64,000 nucleotides of DNA, taken from positions 74,209 through 138,208 of IMG/VR virus record IMGVR_UViG_3300002092_001548. The stretch is one strand, 5' to 3'. The stretch is from a virus. The position numbers and the translations under genes are program-made. Positions 58,132 through 64,000 of the stretch are shown here, one piece after another. The first letter of the stretch is position 1. Each line of letters starts with the position of its first letter. The notes below the pieces were generated by a model. The model had not been told where the DNA came from, searched no databases, and saw only the letters and a program-made list of their open reading frames with translations.

Positions 58132-58206
58132 GTTCCCATAGTGTAGCGGTTAGCACCAGTCCCTTTCACGGACTTAGCAGGGGTTCAAATCCCCTTGGGA
58201 ATGCCA
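58132..58206 (+). tRNA. tRNA-Glu(TTC)
   Basis: GTTCCCA/TGGGAAT, ctTTCac, CCA. Confidence 0.9.
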
Positions 58207-58250
58207 ATTTAAATTGATTTCTGAATAAAACTGTGTAAGAATAAGTAGAT

Positions 58251-58329
58251 GTGTCGGTGGCTGAGATGGCCCAAAGCATAGATCTGCAAAATCTAAAAAC
58301 CGCCGGTTCAAATCCGGCCCGGCACTCCA
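58251..58329 (+). tRNA. tRNA-Cys(GCA)
   Basis: GTGTCGG/CCGGCAC, ctGCAaa, U73, CCA. Confidence 0.9.
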
Positions 58330-58335
58330 ATTTTA

Positions 58336-58947
58336 ATGAAATTTTTACTCATACTACTTTTAAGTCTAGCAACACTCAAAGCGCAAACTTCCGTAGCTTA
58401 TTCGACAGTTGTGGGTTACAATATTATATATTTAGATGCTGGTGTGTCAGTAGTAACGAACCCTTTTATTAATCCAGCTATTTATAGTGGCAATGCAATA
58501 GTAGATGGAGAAACTTTTAGGATCAATAATGTTCTTTCCAATAATATTACTGATTATCCCTACTATGTTGAAATAACTAGTACTAATTACAATGGGTCAA
58601 TTTTCGACATAATTACTAATAATCAAAATATAATTACTGCATCCAATGTTCCATTAGGATTACAGGGGCAAGATGTTTCAATAAATATCAGGCCACATGT
58701 TACAATTCAACAATTTATTTCTAATTCAACAGGCTTTTCAGATTATTCGGACGCGCTTTCTACTCCAGATGGGAATGGAGGTTGTGTAACTTATATTTAT
58801 ATATCTGGCGATATTGTGTCTGGAGATTACGTATCACCCGCCAGTAATGTTATCGTTTACCCACAAGAGGGTCTTATTATAAACAATAGCGAGAATGTCA
58901 ATATGAAATTTTTGGGAGAATTGGAATATACTAATAATATTAAATGA
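58336..58947 (+). CDS. exported protein resembling the TIGR02597 family
   Basis: Signal peptide; T.VGY, YYVEITS, IRPHVT, YPQEGLII..GE. Confidence 0.5.
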   Translation: MKFLLILLLSLATLKAQTSVAYSTVVGYNIIYLDAGVSVVTNPFINPAIYSGNAIVDGETFRINNVLSNNITDYPYYVEITSTNYNGSIFDIITNNQNIITASNVPLGLQGQDVSINIRPHVTIQQFISNSTGFSDYSDALSTPDGNGGCVTYIYISGDIVSGDYVSPASNVIVYPQEGLIINNSENVNMKFLGELEYTNNIK

Positions 58948-59183
58948 AATATTTTTTATTATTATCAATTCTACTTGCGCCTGTTATCGTAAATGAAAAC
59001 GAACCAAGGCCAAAAATAGATTCGCCACTATCCAACATTGACATTATCAATCAACACCTACAAGATAATTATAACTGGAAATTAGGTTCAAAATTTAATA
59101 TTATAATGACTGGAGAAACAGTAGAAGAATCAGATAAATTAATTAGAAGTAAAACTTATACAGATTTTAAAATAGAATTTTAA
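58944..59183 (+). CDS. small exported/membrane protein
   Basis: Hydrophobic N-terminus. Confidence 0.45.
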   Translation: MKYFLLLSILLAPVIVNENEPRPKIDSPLSNIDIINQHLQDNYNWKLGSKFNIIMTGETVEESDKLIRSKTYTDFKIEF

Positions 59184-59184
59184 T

Positions 59185-59273
59185 GGATAGGTGGCAGAGT
59201 GGTCATAATGCACCGCACTTGAAATGCGGAGGACTGAAAGGTCTCGTGGGTTCGAATCCTACCCTATCCGCCA
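59185..59273 (+). tRNA. tRNA-Ser(TGA)
   Basis: GGATAGG/CCTATCC, ctTGAaa, long variable arm, G73, CCA. Confidence 0.92.
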
Positions 59274-59298
59274 TTTAATATTATGTGTAAGAAACCAT

Positions 59299-59466
59299 AT
59301 GTTAGATCCTCTAGAATCTGCTTGTTGGGGTTTCTTTCTTTTTCCTTTCTTATTTTATTGCATTTTTCATAAATATGGACTCTTATTCGGCGCTATTATT
59401 TCCTTGATTTTTCTCTCAATTATTGCTACACTCATAGTATGGATAACAATACAGACATCGATGTAG
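59299..59466 (+). CDS. small two-TM protein
   Basis: GTGTAA-N8-ATG; the ORF-track start lies inside tRNA-Ser. Confidence 0.5.
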   Translation: MLDPLESACWGFFLFPFLFYCIFHKYGLLFGAIISLIFLSIIATLIVWITIQTSM

Positions 59467-59903
59467 CCGATAAAAACCCCCTAGAACTCCATAGGGAATG
59501 GATTACTCATAGGGAAGGCCTAGTTCAAGACGCTCTAGCACTTTGGTATGAAGTAATTGCGCAAGACCATCACAAAGATCGTGATTGCCATTTTTATATT
59601 GAACGTGAGTATTCTACATATAGGCCCGGCGGCTGGTGTGCATACCACAATGGTTATATCTTAAAAGACTATAGGGAGGAATTTCCAACTTTTGAACAGG
59701 CACTTCAAGGCCTATTGACGTTTCTTCTAGAGAAGCTTGCCGAAGAAATTTCAACAACAATTCAAAATTTCGATCAATTAGTCAAAGATGGCATTCATAA
59801 AGAAGAGGGGCGCGAAATTTTTCATAAATACATGAAGCGTCTGGAGATTCTAGTTATGCGTCAATATTATGACGTAGAAAAAGAAGAGAAGCCACAAAAC
59901 TAA
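59439..59903 (+). CDS. hypothetical protein
   Basis: DHHKDRDCHFYI..HNGYI motif. Confidence 0.55.
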   Translation: MDNNTDIDVADKNPLELHREWITHREGLVQDALALWYEVIAQDHHKDRDCHFYIEREYSTYRPGGWCAYHNGYILKDYREEFPTFEQALQGLLTFLLEKLAEEISTTIQNFDQLVKDGIHKEEGREIFHKYMKRLEILVMRQYYDVEKEEKPQN

Positions 59904-59926
59904 TGTAATATAATTTAGTATTACTA

Positions 59927-60148
59927 ATGAATACTGACATTTTATATCGCCGCCTAGACACAATCGAGTGGATGCTAACCCTTCCGCCCGGCGAGAACGA
60001 TTCTAAAATCGAAATGGCCGTTAAAAATTGTAAGGATAATGGTTCTTCAACTAAAGAAATAATTCAGTTCGTTAATATTGCCTTTCGTGCCGAGATAGAT
60101 GAATTTATCCTTTGGCTAGATGAGATGAGAACCAAGGCAATAAGATGA
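59927..60148 (+). CDS. hypothetical protein
   Basis: Packed ORF. Confidence 0.5.
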   Translation: MNTDILYRRLDTIEWMLTLPPGENDSKIEMAVKNCKDNGSSTKEIIQFVNIAFRAEIDEFILWLDEMRTKAIR

Positions 60149-60405
60149 TTGAACTAGATTCTAGTGATATAACAAAAGAAGAACTGAAAGATATGGCGGA
60201 ATTTAATAAAAGTTCCATCATTAAAGTTCTTGATATTAGTGGATATGATTCTGCATATTTACTAGAATGGTGCTTACCATCATTTTGGACAGAAGCTTTT
60301 TGGAGTTATCCAGAGTACGTTACCGCGCTATGTGACTACTTTGAAAGAAAGTTCGGTGTGAATATTCCATCTGGAGTTTTAAATTCGGTATTTGATGAAG
60401 AATAA
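60145..60405 (+). CDS. hypothetical protein
   Basis: Packed ORF. Confidence 0.5.
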   Translation: MIELDSSDITKEELKDMAEFNKSSIIKVLDISGYDSAYLLEWCLPSFWTEAFWSYPEYVTALCDYFERKFGVNIPSGVLNSVFDEE

Positions 60406-61336
60406 AATTTTTGTACAAATTGCGGCCTATAGAGATTTGCAACTTATTCCAACAATTAATGATTTATTAAATAAGGCGGACAATGACGATCAATTTACTT
60501 TTGGGGTCTGCTGGCAGTACGATGAGACAGAAAATATTAATTATTTTGATGGTAACAAAAGATTTCGCATAAAAAAATTTCACCATAAAGACTCACAAGG
60601 TCTAGGTTGGGCAAGAAGTCAAACAAATAACCTTTATGACGGAGAAGAATTAACCCTACAATTAGATTGTCACCATCGTTTTAAACAGGGGTGGGACACG
60701 TTAATGATAGAAGATTATCATAATGCTTTAAAATTATCAGAAAAACCAATATTAACAACATATTTGGCGGGATTTCAGCCAGAACAATCCGAATTTGAAC
60801 CTGTTCCACGCCTAATGTCTCAATATAAATTCAATGAAGAGCATTTATTATTTAGCCGATCTACTCCAATTATAGATTACAAGACAAGACATGAAATTAT
60901 CCCAACAAGAATGCTGTGCGGACATTTTTATTTAGTTAATGGGTTATTTATAAATGAAGTCCCGTATGATCCAGATATTTATTTTGGCACGGGAACAGAA
61001 GAGGCGACTATGAGCGTAAGGGCATTTACAAACGGTTATGACTTTTATAGTCCATATCGTCAATATATTTGGCACCAATATAATAAATTACCTATACCAA
61101 AACATTTTATAGATTACCAACCCGTAACTAAAGACATTTTTTCAAAAAATAAAACTCGCCAATTATTTGGACAATATAATTATAGCATAGACCTTGAGAG
61201 ATATGGACTAGGAAATAAAAGATCCCTAAATGATTATCAAAAGTTTTGTGGTATTGATTTTAAAAATAGACACATAGATCAATATACCTTAGATAACAAT
61301 CCGCCACCAAATCCAAATTTTAGTATTGCAAAATAA
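60395..61336 (+). CDS. GT60-like (Skp1/polypeptide GlcNAc transferase family) glycosyltransferase
   Basis: IFVQIAAYRD, SQGLGWAR, LQLDCHHRF..WD, VPYDP, EE..S.RAFTNGYD, WH.Y. Confidence 0.8.
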   Translation: MKNKIFVQIAAYRDLQLIPTINDLLNKADNDDQFTFGVCWQYDETENINYFDGNKRFRIKKFHHKDSQGLGWARSQTNNLYDGEELTLQLDCHHRFKQGWDTLMIEDYHNALKLSEKPILTTYLAGFQPEQSEFEPVPRLMSQYKFNEEHLLFSRSTPIIDYKTRHEIIPTRMLCGHFYLVNGLFINEVPYDPDIYFGTGTEEATMSVRAFTNGYDFYSPYRQYIWHQYNKLPIPKHFIDYQPVTKDIFSKNKTRQLFGQYNYSIDLERYGLGNKRSLNDYQKFCGIDFKNRHIDQYTLDNNPPPNPNFSIAK

Positions 61337-61360
61337 TTAAAATTGGTTTACACTTTCCGC

Positions 61361-61630
61361 ATGAGTCAACTTATAACACAATTAGTAGAACCACCTAAAA
61401 ATGTTCTAACTGAAACGTATTTAATTGAGATTTTAATACCCGGCAGCGAGAAATGGCTCGATGCTGGGCTCACAAGCCGTTGGAAAACTTTCGAGGAAGC
61501 GGATAAAGAAATGACAACAATAGCTTCGGCATATAATAACCAGTATAAATTCCGCGTGAGTCACATTGTTTGCACGGAATCAATTCTAAAAGAAATTGCA
61601 GGAGAAAGAATAATTGCCTTGCTTGAATAA
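61361..61630 (+). CDS. hypothetical protein
   Basis: ATG 6 nt after TTGCAA-N17-TACACT. Confidence 0.5.
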   Translation: MSQLITQLVEPPKNVLTETYLIEILIPGSEKWLDAGLTSRWKTFEEADKEMTTIASAYNNQYKFRVSHIVCTESILKEIAGERIIALLE

Positions 61631-61705
61631 ACAAATTATAACAACATAGATAAATGCACATTAATATTTACATTCAAACATACCGAAAGGTCACCGAATA
61701 ACCCA

Positions 61706-62299
61706 ATGGGAATGTTTGATTACTTATATTGTAAGAAGGAGTTACCTCTTTGCGGAGCGGTAAAAGACCTTAAAATTAACTGGAAAAAAGTTGACTTCCA
61801 GACTAAAGACTTGGATTCCATCATGGATACTTATGAAATAACAGCGGCCGGGCGGCTAAGGGTTCGCCACCCCTCTTGGAGATTTGATAATAATCCCGAA
61901 GCCGAGAAGCCAAAATTTAAAAATATAAATTATACTGGTTCTATTAATTTTTATACTAATGTATATTCTGATACTAAATATTCTAGTTTAGAATGGGGAG
62001 AGATTACAGACGAGACGATTGAAGAGTGCGAGGCGCTGGAATATTGGGTAGAGTTCGTCGCCATCTTCCATAAGGGAAGGCTAGAAGCTCTGGAATGGTT
62101 CAAGACCGACATTCATCCCGTGAAGGAACAATTAATTAATCAAAAAAATTGGCACGAGGAGCGCATGAAGAAAGAAAGCAAATTAGGATTCAAGATCAAA
62201 AACACATTAAGGAAAGTGCCGGGCTATAAGAAACTAATTAAAAGTTTACAGCGTTTCGTTTCCCTTCAAAGTAAAATCGTAAACAAACTTTATTATTAA
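61706..62299 (+). CDS. hypothetical phage protein
   Basis: MGMFD..C..FQTKDL..YEI..GRL motif. Confidence 0.6.
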   Translation: MGMFDYLYCKKELPLCGAVKDLKINWKKVDFQTKDLDSIMDTYEITAAGRLRVRHPSWRFDNNPEAEKPKFKNINYTGSINFYTNVYSDTKYSSLEWGEITDETIEECEALEYWVEFVAIFHKGRLEALEWFKTDIHPVKEQLINQKNWHEERMKKESKLGFKIKNTLRKVPGYKKLIKSLQRFVSLQSKIVNKLYY

Positions 62300-62307
62300 T
62301 ACCCACA

Positions 62308-62562
62308 ATGATAATTAAAGAAACAGAAGATGTAGTTGAATATTTGCGCGATTTCTCTGCCGACGTTATCGCATCGTTAACGCTTGCACAGAATTATAAC
62401 CTTAAAAGGGTCGCCCATGATATCGAACACTTAATAGAGCGCTACGAGGCTATCGTACCGATCAAGAAAAACTGTATAAATGGCAAGCATAGGTATAACT
62501 ATGATTTGTTCGACGCCGAGAAAGAACGGTATTGTATAGATTGCGGCGCGCCATCCAAATAA
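62308..62562 (+). CDS. hypothetical protein with C-terminal Zn ribbon
   Basis: C....H...CxxC. Confidence 0.5.
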   Translation: MIIKETEDVVEYLRDFSADVIASLTLAQNYNLKRVAHDIEHLIERYEAIVPIKKNCINGKHRYNYDLFDAEKERYCIDCGAPSK

Positions 62563-62567
62563 TATAT

Positions 62568-62756
62568 ATGACTTGCTTAAATTTATTGCGAATACTTAAA
62601 ACGTTATCTTCTGAGCAATTAGCCACACAAGTAATAGTTCGGGATTCTAAAAACAACCTATTCACAATTGAACGGGTGGAAAAAGAAGAGCTTAACGATA
62701 ATTGGGAAACAGTGTCAGATGATACTGTCACAATATTAATTTCAAATATTATATAA
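62568..62756 (+). CDS. hypothetical protein
   Basis: Packed ORF. Confidence 0.45.
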   Translation: MTCLNLLRILKTLSSEQLATQVIVRDSKNNLFTIERVEKEELNDNWETVSDDTVTILISNII

Positions 62757-63098
62757 ATGAATAAAAAATCGTTTGAAACAATAATCCTAAACCTACAACT
62801 TGCCCACAAGAAATCTCGTGAGCTTTATAAACTCGGAGTTGACCTAATGGAATATGATCAGAGTTACGAGTTTGTTATTGATGAACTCTTTAATGCATCA
62901 TTCAACGAAGATCAAAGAAGATGGATCGATTGGTTCCTTTATGAAAGAGAAAGTCTTACTGGTAAGAATAACAAAGCATGGAAGAAGGTTGGTAGAAAGA
63001 AAGTAGAGATTTGCTATGATATTGATTCCTTATGGGAGACAGTTCAAGAATATAGTGCCAAAGGTGATTGGGAAAAAAGATGGGGGAAAATAATATAA
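62757..63098 (+). CDS. hypothetical protein
   Basis: WIDWFLYE motif; packed ORF. Confidence 0.55.
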   Translation: MNKKSFETIILNLQLAHKKSRELYKLGVDLMEYDQSYEFVIDELFNASFNEDQRRWIDWFLYERESLTGKNNKAWKKVGRKKVEICYDIDSLWETVQEYSAKGDWEKRWGKII

Positions 63099-63335
63099 AT
63101 GACTAAGAACATCTGGAAACAAGCAATCATTGATGAGCTAATAACCACGGGCATCTACACAGAAGAGTGGGCGAAAGATCCCAAGAAGGCTTTGCATCAC
63201 ATTGCCTGTTGGCATACAGAGGTAGGGATGCATTATGAGAGGGAGAGTAGATGGACATATATGCTTAGAGCAAGACTGAACTATTATTGGTATAAGACAA
63301 TACGGAAGATGTTTAAGATTCAGCCTCCTTTTTAG
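63099..63335 (+). CDS. hypothetical protein
   Basis: Packed ORF. Confidence 0.5.
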   Translation: MTKNIWKQAIIDELITTGIYTEEWAKDPKKALHHIACWHTEVGMHYERESRWTYMLRARLNYYWYKTIRKMFKIQPPF

Positions 63336-63364
63336 TTGACATTTCCTCCTAAAACATATAGACT
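63336..63364 (+). promoter_or_regulatory. sigma70-like promoter, probably leaderless
   Basis: TTGACA-N17-TAGACT-N6-ATG. Confidence 0.7.
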
Positions 63365-63370
63365 GTAATA

Positions 63371-63607
63371 ATGGAACTCATTAAAGAACCCTATCCACAT
63401 TATAGAGAGGAAGACATTTTCAGTATTCTCAATGATGAAGATAAGAAGCTCTGGTGTAACTTTATCTATGGTCAAACTGTTCTAGTGAGAGATGATGGAG
63501 GATCTGGAATCTATGAGACTGATTGGAATAGGTTTGAGAGGATGCTAAGGAAGAGATCTTTGGATAAGTTGACTAAAGAGGCTCAAGAGCTTAAAATGGG
63601 GTATTAA
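63371..63607 (+). CDS. hypothetical protein
   Basis: ORF with its own promoter. Confidence 0.55.
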   Translation: MELIKEPYPHYREEDIFSILNDEDKKLWCNFIYGQTVLVRDDGGSGIYETDWNRFERMLRKRSLDKLTKEAQELKMGY

Positions 63608-63608
63608 T

Positions 63609-63896
63609 ATGAGTCAATATTCAGATATTATTTCGGATGGTGGTATGGATCCTAGAGCTGATTATGAAGCTAAAAGAAAGGTTCAAAACCTAGAATCAAG
63701 TATAAAAGATCTCATTGAAGGTGGTATGCAGTATAAGAAAGAAAGAGATGCTCTTATGAAGGTTCTTAAATCCTTAGTATGTACTGCTCAGAAAGATGAG
63801 ATCAACAAAGATCATTTAGATATAACATTAAGAAGAGCTAGGAATGTTATTGCTGATATTGATCCAACTATTGAGAAGTGTGATTGTTGTTATTAA
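63609..63896 (+). CDS. hypothetical protein
   Basis: SDIISDGGMDPR motif; coiled coil. Confidence 0.5.
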   Translation: MSQYSDIISDGGMDPRADYEAKRKVQNLESSIKDLIEGGMQYKKERDALMKVLKSLVCTAQKDEINKDHLDITLRRARNVIADIDPTIEKCDCCY

Positions 63897-63901
63897 TTTT
63901 C

Positions 63902-63930
63902 TTGACTTGTCCTAAAGAATCATATAGACT
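63902..63930 (+). promoter_or_regulatory. sigma70-like promoter, probably leaderless; ORF starts at 63937 and leaves the window
   Basis: TTGACT-N17-TAGACT-N6-ATG; shares CATATAGACTGTA with the 63336 promoter. Confidence 0.7.
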
Positions 63931-64000
63931 GTATAAATGAATAAAGCACTAAAGAAGGCAGCAAAGAACTATAAAGAGAAAGTTCGACAGCCTGTTACTA

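Noticed and set aside
1-64000. Stop-codon reassignment
   Set aside because: TAA, TAG and TGA all end full-length conserved genes, coding density is high in the standard code, and no suppressor tRNA was seen.

Overview
AT-rich segment (roughly one-third GC by eye) of a large tailed dsDNA phage, probably of the freshwater jumbo type. A TIGR02597-like exported protein hints at a Verrucomicrobia/PVC host (inference). Left to right the window holds: a sigma-factor-like gene and two ssDNA-binding candidates; a class Id-like ribonucleotide reductase; an ~11.7 kb sugar-nucleotide, glycosyltransferase and methyltransferase cluster interrupted by a RecA-like gene; a replication module (dNMP kinase, DnaB, primase, dCMP deaminase, Cas4-like nuclease, ClpP, and Pol III split into PHP, exonuclease and DnaE core genes); putative internal head proteins; a vWA/MoxR pair split by a LAGLIDADG gene; ThyX; a beta-glucosyltransferase-like gene; minus-strand tail fibre/LamG genes; and a stable-RNA region with 13 tRNAs, a tmRNA, two HNH genes and several unannotated structured elements. 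Strongest signals beyond the gene list: (1) many genes look leaderless, with the ATG 6 nt after a sigma70-like -10 or 8 nt after a phage-specific GTGTAA motif, and the phage carries an initiator-like tRNA lacking the 3 G-C anticodon pairs; (2) identical boxA-like leaders precede the tmRNA and the tRNA/ncRNA array; (3) GCCGGG/CCCGGC is strongly over-represented (34 sites counted by eye); (4) the tmRNA tag is unusually long (32 aa). All product calls come from motif recognition by eye, with no database searches.
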